NCBI GenBank assembly: GCA_963741945.1
Contig: CAVUKA010000008.1
Location: 132,728 to 196,727, forward strand
Source of the DNA: an uncultured Gemmatimonadales bacterium
GTDB lineage: Bacteria > Gemmatimonadota > Gemmatimonadetes > Longimicrobiales > RSA9
Length of the DNA stretch: 64,000 nt
Direction: 5' to 3'
Positions 21,236 to 30,533 of this stretch are shown in pieces (positions within the stretch are counted from its first letter, which is position 1; the number at the start of each line of letters is the position of its first letter). The notes under the pieces were generated by a model. That model saw only the letters and a list, made by a program, of their open reading frames with translations. It did no database searches and was not told where the DNA came from. The position numbers and the translations under genes are program-made.

Positions 21236-22236
21236 AGCTCCGGTTTCGGCTCCCGCTGCATCAGGTTCCGCACGGCTTCCGCCGGCGAACGCTCCTCGAA
21301 CAGCACTGCGTGGACCTGGGCGACGATGGGCATCTCGATCCCCTCCCGCTGCGCCAGCGCGTGGGCGGCCCGCGTGGTCTCCACCCCTTCCGCCACCATC
21401 CGCATCTCTCCCAGCACGTCGCTCAGCTTCCTTCCCTCCCCCAGGGCAACGCCCACCGTGCGGTTGCGGCTGAGCTCACCCGTGCAGGTCAGGATCAGGT
21501 CCCCCATCCCCGCCAGGCCGGCGAAGGTGAGGGGGTTCGCCCCGAGCGCGATGCCCAGCCGGCTCATCTCCGCGAGCCCTCGTGTGATGAGCGCGGCGCG
21601 CGTGTTGTGCCCGAACCCCAGCCCGACGATCATCCCGGCCGCCAGCGCCATCACGTTCTTGAGGGCACCGCCCAGCTCCACGCCTGTGACGTCGTGGCTG
21701 GTGTAGACGCGGAAGTAGTCGGTCTGGAACAGCTCCTGGGCGACACGCGCCGCCTCCGTGTCCCGGCTCGCGATCGTGACCGCGGTCGGCTCTTCCCCGG
21801 ATACTTCGGTGGCGAAGCTGGGGCCCGAGAGGAAGCACGCGCGTCGGTGCGTCGATTCGGGGAGGATGTCCTCGAGGACTTCGGCCATGGTTTCCAGCGT
21901 CCGGGTCTCGATCCCCTTGGACGCGCTCACGAGCAGCGCGTCCGGCGACATCGCCCCGGCGGCCGCGCCCATGACCGCGCGGACGTGCTGCGACGGGCTG
22001 ACGCTGACCACCACCTCCGCCCCCTCCACCACCTCCGCGACGTCCGACGAGGCGCTGAGTCGCGAATTCAGCTCCACGTCCGGGAGATAAGCCGTGTTGC
22101 GACGCTCCTCGTTGATCGCCTGCGTCACGTCCTCGTCGAACGACCACAGCCGGACCTCCGACCCTTTCTTCGCCAGCAGGTTCGCGATCGTCGTTCCCCA
22201 GCTCCCCGCTCCCACCACGGCCACGCGATCCGTCAT
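21226..22236 (-). CDS. gpsA: NAD(P)H-dependent glycerol-3-phosphate dehydrogenase
   Basis: GAGSWGT, SKGIE, LSGPSFA, GGALKNV, GMGDLILTC..SRN. Confidence 0.96.
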   Translation of the reverse strand: MTDRVAVVGAGSWGTTIANLLAKKGSEVRLWSFDEDVTQAINEERRNTAYLPDVELNSRLSASSDVAEVVEGAEVVVSVSPSQHVRAVMGAAAGAMSPDALLVSASKGIETRTLETMAEVLEDILPESTHRRACFLSGPSFATEVSGEEPTAVTIASRDTEAARVAQELFQTDYFRVYTSHDVTGVELGGALKNVMALAAGMIVGLGFGHNTRAALITRGLAEMSRLGIALGANPLTFAGLAGMGDLILTCTGELSRNRTVGVALGEGRKLSDVLGEMRMVAEGVETTRAAHALAQREGIEMPIVAQVHAVLFEERSPAEAVRNLMQREPKPELWR

Positions 22237-22835
22237 GACGCTCCCTCCGTGCTACGTCCGAACCGGTTCTCCTCACCTCTCAGCAGCCGCCGGATGTTCT
22301 CCCGGTGCGCGTAGATCACGAACAACGCCAGCCCCAGCGACAGCCACACTACCACGGGCGGCTCGTTCGTCACATAGACTGCCACCGGAAGCACGACCGC
22401 AGCCAGCAGCGAACCCAGGGAGACGATGCGGGTCAGCGAAACCGTGGTCGTCCAGACCACGAAGCCGATGAGCACGGCCCAGGGGGCAAGCGCCAGGAAG
22501 ACGCCCGCGCTCGTGGCCACGCCCTTGCCCCCGCGGAACCCCACGTAGAGCGAGTAGACGTGGCCCAGGATGGCAGCCGCCCCGTATGCCAGAGCCCACT
22601 CGGGACCCGCCGCATCCCAGCGGTGGAACAGGGCCGTCGGCACCCATCCCTTCGCCACGTCCACCACCATCACGGGCAGTGCGGCCTTCCAGCCCAGCAC
22701 CCGGAACGTGTTGGTGGCGCCCAGGTTACCACTTCCCGCTTCACGTAGATCCACACCGTAGGCCACGCGCGCCAGGAGGTAGCTCGTGGGGGTGGCGCCC
22801 AGGAGGTACGCCGCCGCAAGCAGCAGCCAGGTCAC
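22233..22835 (-). CDS. plsY: Glycerol-3-phosphate acyltransferase PlsY
   Basis: GSGNLGATN, FRGGKGVAT, HRENIRRL. Confidence 0.95.
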   Translation of the reverse strand: MTWLLLAAAYLLGATPTSYLLARVAYGVDLREAGSGNLGATNTFRVLGWKAALPVMVVDVAKGWVPTALFHRWDAAGPEWALAYGAAAILGHVYSLYVGFRGGKGVATSAGVFLALAPWAVLIGFVVWTTTVSLTRIVSLGSLLAAVVLPVAVYVTNEPPVVVWLSLGLALFVIYAHRENIRRLLRGEENRFGRSTEGAS

Positions 22836-24157
22836 CGCTCCGCCTCGCGGCGGCTGCGCAGCTTCAGGCGCAGCGGCGAGCCCAGGAACCCCCAGCGGTC
22901 CCGGAACCCGTTGTAGAGGTAGCGCTGGTAGTTTTCGGTCACGCCGCTCCGGTTGTTCGCGAAGATCACGAAGGTGGGCGGATTCACACCGCTCTGCGTG
23001 GCGTACAACAGCTTGATGGCCTGACCTCGAAAATGCCCCGGCGGCTGCCGCGCCGCCAGTTCACGGATCGCGTTGTTGACCTCGGCCGTCGAGACGCGTC
23101 GCTGGCGCTCGTCCGCGACCTGGAGCACGAGCTCCAGCGTCCGCTGGACGCGCTGACCCGAGAGCGCGGAGGTGAACACCACGGGAACCCAGCGCATGGT
23201 GGGCGCCCGTTCGCGGAGCTGCTTCTCGAAGCTGGCGGCGGTGCGGGTATCCTTCTCTACGAGGTCCCACTTGTTCACGACCAGGATCAGGCCGCAGCCA
23301 GCCTCCCAGGCTTTCTCGGCGATCTTGAGGTCCTGGACGTGCACGGGCTCGGTTCCGTCCAGCAGGAGGAGACAGACATCCGCCCGCTCGATGGCCCGCT
23401 CGGTGCGCAGCGCGCTGTAGTACTCCAGGCTCTCGTGGATCCTGGCCTGCCGGCGCAGCCCCGCCGTGTCCACGAACATGACGGTGCGCCCGTGATAGCG
23501 CACGGGCGTATCGATGCTGTCGCGCGTGGTTCCGGCGACCTCGCTCACCACGAGCCGCTCCTCGCCGAGGAGACGATTGATGAAGCTGGACTTCCCGACG
23601 TTCGGCTTTCCAATCACCGCAACCGACAGCACGTCCTCCGGCACCTCCTCCCGCTCCGGGAGATGGCTGACGATCAGGTCGAGGACATCGCCCGATCCTT
23701 TCCCGGAGAGCGCCCCCACCGGCTGCGGCTCGCCGATGCCAAGCTCCCAGAAGTCCAGATACGACAGGTCTTCCGGGATGTTGTCGGCCTTGTTGACCAC
23801 CAGGACCACGGGGACGTCCCTGCGGCGCAGCAGGTCGGCGATCTTGCGGTCCAGTGGCTGGACCCCCGCCTTGACGTCCACCACGAACGCAATGACCTGG
23901 GCCTCTTCCACCGCGGCTTCCACCTGCCGGCGGATGGCCACCGCCATCGGCTCATCCACGTCCACTTCCAGGCCGCCGGTGTCCACCACGTAGAATTCGC
24001 GGCCGGCCCATTCCGCGCGGGCGAAGTTCCGATCGCGCGTCACGCCCGGGACGTCCTCCACGATGGCCTGGCGTCGCCCGACCACCCGGTTGAAGAGCGT
24101 GGACTTGCCCACGTTCGGGCGGCCCACAATGGCCACCGACGGTAGCGCTAGGCTCAC
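22832..24157 (-). CDS. der: Ribosome biogenesis GTPase Der/EngA
   Basis: Two G domains (GRPNVGKS, GKPNVGKS), DTGG, DTAG, NKWD, C-terminal KH-like domain. Confidence 0.97.
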   Translation of the reverse strand: MSLALPSVAIVGRPNVGKSTLFNRVVGRRQAIVEDVPGVTRDRNFARAEWAGREFYVVDTGGLEVDVDEPMAVAIRRQVEAAVEEAQVIAFVVDVKAGVQPLDRKIADLLRRRDVPVVLVVNKADNIPEDLSYLDFWELGIGEPQPVGALSGKGSGDVLDLIVSHLPEREEVPEDVLSVAVIGKPNVGKSSFINRLLGEERLVVSEVAGTTRDSIDTPVRYHGRTVMFVDTAGLRRQARIHESLEYYSALRTERAIERADVCLLLLDGTEPVHVQDLKIAEKAWEAGCGLILVVNKWDLVEKDTRTAASFEKQLRERAPTMRWVPVVFTSALSGQRVQRTLELVLQVADERQRRVSTAEVNNAIRELAARQPPGHFRGQAIKLLYATQSGVNPPTFVIFANNRSGVTENYQRYLYNGFRDRWGFLGSPLRLKLRSRREAER

Positions 24158-25440
24158 AGGTTCCTCAGAGCGGTGCCCAGAGAATAGGCGGGGATGACAT
24201 CGCCGGTCAGCTCACCAGCCAGGTGCTCGAACGCCATGCTGTCGATCAGGACCCCATCATCGTTCAGCGCCTCTGCCGGAACCAGGGTCACGTCGGCGGG
24301 CTCAGGGCCTGCGGCGCGCCGCACCGCGTCGAGGATGTCCGCACCAGCCAGCAGTCCAGCGGTGGTGACGCTCGGCCCGAAGTACCGGTTCTCAACGGGA
24401 ACCAGCGTGAAGGAGGCGCCCGTGGCTGTCTCCAGGCGCGACAGGAGCGGCGCGATCACCCCGCCCATTCGCCACCCGGTGATGACGCGGATGCGGCGAC
24501 CCTCGAGGCTCGGAGGCTCCCGCAGCATCCCATCGATGTCTTCGAGGAACGCCCGCACGGCCCCGACGCCGTTCTCGGTGAGCGGCCAATCGTCGTAGTA
24601 CGCCGGGTCCGGCACCGGGCGGTCGGCGAGGAGGAACATCTCGTCCGCGGCGTAGGCCCAGCCCGCGCCGCGCGCACGGCGCGACCGAACGCGGGCACGC
24701 TCCACCTGTGCGATGGCGTCTCGTGCCTCCCGGTCGGTCAGCAGGCGGGCGGGCCGCCCGAGGTTGTAGCGCGTGAGCCCCACGGGGACAACGGACAGGG
24801 AGAGGACCCGGGGGCCGAGGGACCAGAGGTCGTCGATGGTCCGGTCGAGGTGAACCCCGTCGTTCCAGTCGGGACAGAGCACCACCTGGGTGTGTACTTC
24901 GATCCCCGCGGAGGTGAGCTCGTCGAGGCGCTCCATGATGTCCCCTCCCCGCGGCACCCCCAGCAGCTTCATGCGCACCGCGGGCTCGGTGGCGTGCACG
25001 GACACGTAGAGCGGCGACAGCCGCTGGTCCAGCAGCCGCTGGAACCCGCGCGGCCCGAGATTCGTCAGCGTGACGTAGCTGCCGTAGGTGAACGAGAGGC
25101 GGAAGTCGTCATCCTTGAGGTGGAGCGAGCGACGAGCCGCCGGCGGATTGCCATCAATGAAGCAGAATACGCACTTGTTCGCGCACTCGCGGACGGTATC
25201 GGGCGCCGGGATCACACCCAGCCCCTCGGCGGCGTCCTTCTCGATGTCGTAGACGACGACATCGCCGTTCCGCCCCTCGGCCTCGTGGACTTCCAGCTCC
25301 AGCCGACCGTCCGCCTCCATGAAGCGGAAGTCGATGGTGTCCCGCACCGGCTCGCCGTTGATACGCACGATTCGGCTGCCGATCCGGAGCTGCAGCTCCT
25401 CGGCGATGCTGTCCGGCAGGATTTCGGCAATCCGGATCAT
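24154..25440 (-). CDS. PDZ + radical-SAM-like DUF512 protein
   Basis: N-terminal PDZ-like segment, CANKCVFC (CxxxCxxC), KDDDFRLSF.YGSYVTLTN, VVPVGLT, ENGVG. Confidence 0.88.
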   Translation of the reverse strand: MIRIAEILPDSIAEELQLRIGSRIVRINGEPVRDTIDFRFMEADGRLELEVHEAEGRNGDVVVYDIEKDAAEGLGVIPAPDTVRECANKCVFCFIDGNPPAARRSLHLKDDDFRLSFTYGSYVTLTNLGPRGFQRLLDQRLSPLYVSVHATEPAVRMKLLGVPRGGDIMERLDELTSAGIEVHTQVVLCPDWNDGVHLDRTIDDLWSLGPRVLSLSVVPVGLTRYNLGRPARLLTDREARDAIAQVERARVRSRRARGAGWAYAADEMFLLADRPVPDPAYYDDWPLTENGVGAVRAFLEDIDGMLREPPSLEGRRIRVITGWRMGGVIAPLLSRLETATGASFTLVPVENRYFGPSVTTAGLLAGADILDAVRRAAGPEPADVTLVPAEALNDDGVLIDSMAFEHLAGELTGDVIPAYSLGTALRNL

Positions 25441-25509
25441 CCAGTCCTCTCACGGCGAAGGGCGGCCCGCGGACCGCCCCCGTGTTCTCTGCGCGCGCCG
25501 TGTGGCGCC

Positions 25510-25538
25510 AAGATAGTGGCCGACCCGATCCGCCTCAA
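25510..25538 (-). promoter_or_regulatory. Putative sigma70 promoter for the DUF512-der operon
   Basis: TTGAGG-N17-TATCTT. Confidence 0.55.
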
Positions 25539-25587
25539 CCGACGGAGCGCGCCGATGCCGCACTGTACACCGAGCGGCCCGGCGGGT

Positions 25588-26196
25588 TCAGATCAGCGCC
25601 TCGCCGCACGCCGCACACACGGTCTGCCCCTCGTCGTATGGCTCACCACAGTTCGGGCAGCCGAAGCTCACCTCGCCGGCCGCATCGCTGTGCGCGGCGA
25701 TGATCCGTTCCGCTTCCGTGAACGCGTACGTCGGCACGAGGATCCGGACCCGGGCCAGGTCGCCGAACTCCACGGGGAAGGCCGAATGGTCCTTCTGGGA
25801 CAGGATGCGGGAGTCGATCCCCTCCGCCCGCAGGTTGTCCTCGATCAGCCCCGCTTCCACTTCGTCCGGGATGGCGTGGACTTCGGCCCAGCCCTCGATG
25901 ATGCGGACACCTGCGTGGTCGGGGCAGCGGTGATAGCGACGATCCCCGGCGTCGCACTCCTCGCACACCGGAGTGCCACAGAGGGCGCACTGCCCCGGGG
26001 CTTCCCGGTCCGGATGGCGGGCGCAGCGCGCCGGCTCCGCCAGGTGCCCGCAGATGGGGCACACCGGGGCGCCGGCGGCGATGGTCTCACCGCAATGTTC
26101 GCAGCGGCGCGTCTCCTCCCGCAGGTCGTGCCCGCACGAGGGACACGTGGCGTGGCCCTCTCGGACCAGGGCCCCGCACTCCGGGCATTCGTTCAT
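25588..26196 (-). CDS. Multi-zinc-finger protein (double zinc ribbon, B-box-like, DUF2007-like core, zinc ribbon)
   Basis: Eight CxxC pairs plus CxxH motifs; central EAGLIEDNLRAEGI...VRILVP segment. Confidence 0.75.
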   Translation of the reverse strand: MNECPECGALVREGHATCPSCGHDLREETRRCEHCGETIAAGAPVCPICGHLAEPARCARHPDREAPGQCALCGTPVCEECDAGDRRYHRCPDHAGVRIIEGWAEVHAIPDEVEAGLIEDNLRAEGIDSRILSQKDHSAFPVEFGDLARVRILVPTYAFTEAERIIAAHSDAAGEVSFGCPNCGEPYDEGQTVCAACGEALI

Positions 26197-26282
26197 GGCT
26201 CGCCTTGTTCAGGTTCGATGGCACCGTTCTGCCGGATCAATGGCCAGGTGCAAGAAACATACGCTGTGCGAGGACCGCAATG

Positions 26283-26314
26283 GAAAGCGCCGGACCCGGG
26301 GGCCCGGCGCTTTC
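26283..26314. terminator. Inverted repeat / probable intrinsic terminator after the TPR gene
   Basis: GAAAGCGCCGG...CCGGCGCTTTC, 11-bp stem. Confidence 0.55.
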
Positions 26315-26337
26315 ACTCCACAGGATGGCGTGGCGGG

Positions 26338-27828
26338 TCAGCCCACGACCTCGTACTTCCACCCGCCGAACTTGCCACTCGGCAGCTTCACCGAAGTCTG
26401 GAACCCGACCGACTCGTTCTTCTCCGGCACGGTCACGGTGATCATGCTCGTGTCGAGCACGTTTCCATCCCGATCGAGGATCTGGAATCGGATCTCCACG
26501 TTCTGACCGGGCTCGCCGGACAGGTTGGTGAAGTCGCCGGTCACCTTTGCCGTCTCGTTGGGCTGCAGCGCGAGCGCGATGTTCTCGACCTCATACTTCT
26601 GCGCCTGGTAGGCCCGGAACAGCTCCTGGGTCTTCTGCGTCAGCTGGCGCGCTTCCGCACCGCTCGCCATCTCGGCCTTCCCGCGGTAGGCCCGCAGCAT
26701 GAAGCTGAGGAGGTTTCGGTTCAGCGGGTCGAAATCGCGGACCTGCTGCGCCGCCGCCAGGATCCGATCGTAGATGGCGTTCAGCTGCTGGTTGCGCTCG
26801 GGCGTGGCCTCGCCCTTCTCCACGTCCACGGCCTCCGAGTAGAGCGACTGCACCAGGTTGAGCAGCGCATCGCGCGAATACGGGTTCAGCTCCGCCGCCT
26901 TCTCGAAGGCGTCCGCCGCGCGGGCGTAGTCGCCGGTATTGAAGAAGCCGATCCCGATCTGGAAGTAGTCCTGGCTGCTCAGGTCCGAGCGCTTCAGCAC
27001 CTCGTTGTAGATCGTCTCGGCCGAGTCCGGCTGCCCGGCCTGCGCCATGTAGCCGGCGCGAGCCGTCAGCGCGCTGAGCTTCGTGCTCTCATCCAGGGAG
27101 TCGGACTGCGTCAGCAGGTTGCCCAGGATGTCGGCCGCCTTGCTGAAGTCCCCGGTCTGCGCCGCCAGCTGCGCGGCGCTCATGGCCACGCCCTTGCGAT
27201 CCTCACGCCAGTTCGCGGCCTGCTCGTCGCCGAGTCCTTCGGGCACCGGCCCGTTCAGGATCTTCAGCGCGCCCGTGTACGCGTCCAGCGCCTTCTGCGC
27301 CTCGCCCGTGCGGGCGTAGATGGAGCCGAGCGCCACGAGGGCCTCCGGGCGCTCGCGGTACATCAGGTCCGCACCTTCGAAATAGGCCAACGCCTGATCG
27401 GTGTTCCCGGCGTTCAGCGCGGCCGCGCCCTGGTTGTACGCGTTCACCCACGCCTGCTCCCGCTCCGAAACGATCTGGTCGGCATAGCCGGGATACAGCT
27501 CCAGCGCGTCCGTGAACATGCTGTCGGCCTTCTGCCACTGCTCCAGTCCCACGGCCGCCTGTCCGGCCAGCAGGTACGCCTTCGGATTGGTCGAGTCCGC
27601 GGCAATGGCCTGCGTCGCCTCGTCCAGCGCCTGCTGGAAGTGCGTCTGGGCCTGCTCGCCCTGCGCCGTGGCCGCCTGCACCAGGTGCACGCTCGCCGCC
27701 CGCGTGTTCTCCGTGTCCCGCGGCCGGTTCCCACCGCCCGCCTCCCCCGTCGCGACGCCGCCCGCGCTCGCACACGCGCCGACGAACGAGACAACGAGTG
27801 CCAGGATGAGCCCCTTACCCAGGTTCAT
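26338..27828 (-). CDS. TPR-repeat lipoprotein with C-terminal FxLYD-like Ig domain
   Basis: Lipobox VGAC, several TPR helices, VTGDFTN...IRFQILDRDGNVLD; GGAGG SD before ATG 27828. Confidence 0.8.
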   Translation of the reverse strand: MNLGKGLILALVVSFVGACASAGGVATGEAGGGNRPRDTENTRAASVHLVQAATAQGEQAQTHFQQALDEATQAIAADSTNPKAYLLAGQAAVGLEQWQKADSMFTDALELYPGYADQIVSEREQAWVNAYNQGAAALNAGNTDQALAYFEGADLMYRERPEALVALGSIYARTGEAQKALDAYTGALKILNGPVPEGLGDEQAANWREDRKGVAMSAAQLAAQTGDFSKAADILGNLLTQSDSLDESTKLSALTARAGYMAQAGQPDSAETIYNEVLKRSDLSSQDYFQIGIGFFNTGDYARAADAFEKAAELNPYSRDALLNLVQSLYSEAVDVEKGEATPERNQQLNAIYDRILAAAQQVRDFDPLNRNLLSFMLRAYRGKAEMASGAEARQLTQKTQELFRAYQAQKYEVENIALALQPNETAKVTGDFTNLSGEPGQNVEIRFQILDRDGNVLDTSMITVTVPEKNESVGFQTSVKLPSGKFGGWKYEVVG

Positions 27829-27881
27829 CCGAAATCCTCCCTTGATCATGAGCTTGTTCTCTCCTGCCGCATCGGTTCAAA

Positions 27882-29024
27882 CTACACATCGTCCAACCTG
27901 TCATGTACCTCGTGGGCTGGAAGCCCCAGCGCCCGCGCCGCCGCGACCACATCGTCGTGCTCCGGCTTCGCCCGGGTCGTACCATCCGGGAGACGGACCC
28001 GCTTGCGACGGACCGTCTGCCCCCGCCACTTCACCACTTCCTCCTCCCGCGCCAGCACGGCCCGGTCCACGGGCCAGTGGCGGAGACCGATTGTCCGCGT
28101 CTCCCGAAACACGGTTTCAATTACCCTTCCCAACACCGTTTCCGGCACGAGGACCTCGAGCCGGATCCCGGGCCGTCCCTTCTTCATCAGCACGGGCACG
28201 AGCACCACGTCCAGCGCTCCGGCCTCCAGCAGCGGCGCGCTCGCCGCCGCCGCGTATTCGGCCGACATGTCGTCCAGGTCGGCCTGGATCACGTGCACGG
28301 GCACCGATCCCTCCACCGGCGCGCATTCGATCACGCGCAGGCAGTTGGGCCGGCCTTTCGGGTCGCGCGTCCCCGCGCCATAGCCCGCCCGCCCGTACAC
28401 CACCTCCCGCGGTGGCGGTCCCTCCGCCAGCACGGCCACGAGCGCAGCGCCCGTGGGGGTGGTGCACTCTTCTCCCCACCCGGTCTCCCGGACTGCGAGC
28501 CCCCGGAGCAGCCCAGCCGTTGCCGGCGCTGGCAGCGGGAAGCGGCCGTGGTCCATGTCCACTGTGCCCGAGCCCACGGCCACGGGCCGAACGAAGAAGC
28601 GGTCATAGCCCAGCTCGTCCAGCCCCGCCACTGCTCCCACCACGTCCAGAATGGAGTCGAGCGCGCCCACTTCGTGGAAGTGCACCCGCTCCACGGGGAC
28701 GCCGTGAACGGCCGCCTCTGCTTCCGCGAGCCGCCGGAACACCGCCGCGGCTCGCTCCTGCACATCCGGTTTCAGACCGCTGCCCCCGATGATCTCGAGG
28801 ATATCTGCCAGGTGCCGGTGCCTGTCTTCCGACGGCAGCTCGAAATGGACACGGCCGCAGGCGATCCCGCTGCGGTCCACCCGCTCCACCACCACGGTGG
28901 CGGAAAGGCCGAGGCTCTCCACCAGCCCTTCGAGCCAGTCCGCCGACAACCCGAGGTCCGTGAGCGCGCCCAGAACCATGTCCCCGCTGATGCCCGCGAA
29001 CGGGTCGAAGATCAGCGCGCGCAT
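27882..29024 (-). CDS. larC: Nickel pincer cofactor biosynthesis protein LarC
   Basis: FDPFAGISGDMVLGAL, VHFHEVGALDSILD, TPTGAAL, MKKGRPG, RETRTIG, KPEHDD. Confidence 0.92.
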   Translation of the reverse strand: MRALIFDPFAGISGDMVLGALTDLGLSADWLEGLVESLGLSATVVVERVDRSGIACGRVHFELPSEDRHRHLADILEIIGGSGLKPDVQERAAAVFRRLAEAEAAVHGVPVERVHFHEVGALDSILDVVGAVAGLDELGYDRFFVRPVAVGSGTVDMDHGRFPLPAPATAGLLRGLAVRETGWGEECTTPTGAALVAVLAEGPPPREVVYGRAGYGAGTRDPKGRPNCLRVIECAPVEGSVPVHVIQADLDDMSAEYAAAASAPLLEAGALDVVLVPVLMKKGRPGIRLEVLVPETVLGRVIETVFRETRTIGLRHWPVDRAVLAREEEVVKWRGQTVRRKRVRLPDGTTRAKPEHDDVVAAARALGLPAHEVHDRLDDV

Positions 29025-29055
29025 GGCGTGCCTCCAGCAATCGGCATAAGCGTGC

Positions 29056-29085
29056 AATGTATGCGGCGCTTCGGCCACGGGTCAA
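29056..29085 (-). promoter_or_regulatory. Putative sigma70 promoter for larC
   Basis: TTGACC-N18-TACATT, then GGAGG SD. Confidence 0.5.
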
Positions 29086-30533
29086 ACGCCATCCGCCCCC
29101 TCTCGCGCCGCATCGGCCAGGAGTCGGAGAGAGCGCGCGCGGCCCTGGAGGCGGATGACCGCGGGCAGTGGTGGTCCGTGCTCCTCCCCCGTCAGGGCGA
29201 GGCGAACGGGCATGAAGAGGGCCCGTCCCCGGGCACCCAGCTCATTTCCGACCGCCCGCACCGCCGCGTCGATGTCGGGTTCCTCCCAGGACTCGAGCGA
29301 TTCCAGCCGCGAGTGGAGCGCGGCCACCACCCGTAGCCCCTCCCGGTCCAGCGCCGGTGATAGCGCGGGGTCTCGTCCGAGGAACGGCGCGAGGTGGTCG
29401 ACGATTTCCGAGAACGCGGACAGGTGGCTGCGAACGGCGTGGACGACGTCGGGGAAACGTCCATCGAGGAGGGGTGCGAAGCGGGTCCCCTCCACATAGG
29501 GGCGCGTGGCACGGACCAGATCCGGCAGCGGCATCCGCTCGATGTGTCGGGCGGAGAGCCACGCCAGCTTCTCGGGGTCGAACACGACGTCCGCCGCGCC
29601 GAGGCGATCCAGCGTGATCTCCCGGACGATCCGCTCCGGCTCGAGGACTTCGTCGCCGGAGGGGCTGGACCAGCCGAGCAGCGAGAGGTAGTTCACCACC
29701 GCGTCGGGATGGACACCTTCCCGCCGAAGCGCACGGAGCGGTCTCGCGCCCGAACGCTTCGAGAGCTTCTTCCGGTCGGACCCGAGGACGGTGGGCGCGT
29801 GGGCGAACACCGGCAGCGGCGCACCGATGGCCTGATAGACCAGGACCTGGTGCGGCGTGTTGCTGAGGTGCCCGGCTCCCCGGATCACGTGGCTGATCTC
29901 CATGGCGGCGTCATCCACCACCACGGCGAAGTTGTAGGTGGGGATGCCATCGGAGCGCACGAGTACGAAGTCGCCGATCTCGGCCGCATCGAACCGGACC
30001 TCTCCGCGGATCACGTCCCGCACCAGGACTTCCCCCTGCGCGGGGGTGGCCAGGCGAACCACCGACGGCTCGCCCGCGGCTGCCCGGCGCGCCGCCTCCC
30101 CGGGGTCGAGCACCCGGCACGTTCCCGCGTATCGAGGGCTCCTCCGCTCCGCCAGCGCGCGCTGCCGCTCCGCTTCCAGCGTCTCCGGAGAGCAGAAGCA
30201 GCGGTATGCGCGTCCACTCGCCAGGAGCGCTTCCGCGGCCGCGGCATAGTGGTCCAGCCGCCGACTCTGCCGATATGGCCCTTGCGGACCGGTGTCGGTG
30301 GCGTCACCCTCGCCGGGTCCCTCGTCCCAGCGGAGCCCCAGCCAGTGGAGGTCGGCCATGAGCTCGGCCTCGGCGCCGGACACGTTCCGGGCCACATCGG
30401 TATCCTCGATGCGCAGGACGAACTGTCCACCATGATGCCGGGCCACGGCCCAGTTCAGGATGGCGATCCGGGCGTTGCCGACGTGGAGGCTCCCCGTCGG
30501 GCTCGGTGCGAAGCGCGTTCGGACGCGGGTCAT
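29082..30533 (-). CDS. gltX: Glutamate--tRNA ligase
   Basis: RTRFAPSPTG.LHVGN, LRIEDTD, PYRQS, YNFAVVVDD, KLSKR, anticodon-binding domain. Confidence 0.95.
   Translation of the reverse strand: MTRVRTRFAPSPTGSLHVGNARIAILNWAVARHHGGQFVLRIEDTDVARNVSGAEAELMADLHWLGLRWDEGPGEGDATDTGPQGPYRQSRRLDHYAAAAEALLASGRAYRCFCSPETLEAERQRALAERRSPRYAGTCRVLDPGEAARRAAAGEPSVVRLATPAQGEVLVRDVIRGEVRFDAAEIGDFVLVRSDGIPTYNFAVVVDDAAMEISHVIRGAGHLSNTPHQVLVYQAIGAPLPVFAHAPTVLGSDRKKLSKRSGARPLRALRREGVHPDAVVNYLSLLGWSSPSGDEVLEPERIVREITLDRLGAADVVFDPEKLAWLSARHIERMPLPDLVRATRPYVEGTRFAPLLDGRFPDVVHAVRSHLSAFSEIVDHLAPFLGRDPALSPALDREGLRVVAALHSRLESLESWEEPDIDAAVRAVGNELGARGRALFMPVRLALTGEEHGPPLPAVIRLQGRARSLRLLADAAREGADGV

Noticed and set aside
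24223-28383. 1386-aa plus-strand ORF
   Set aside because: It is an antisense shadow of the DUF512, zinc-finger, TPR and larC genes. It is Arg/Gly/His-rich with no recognisable domains, as expected in high-GC DNA.
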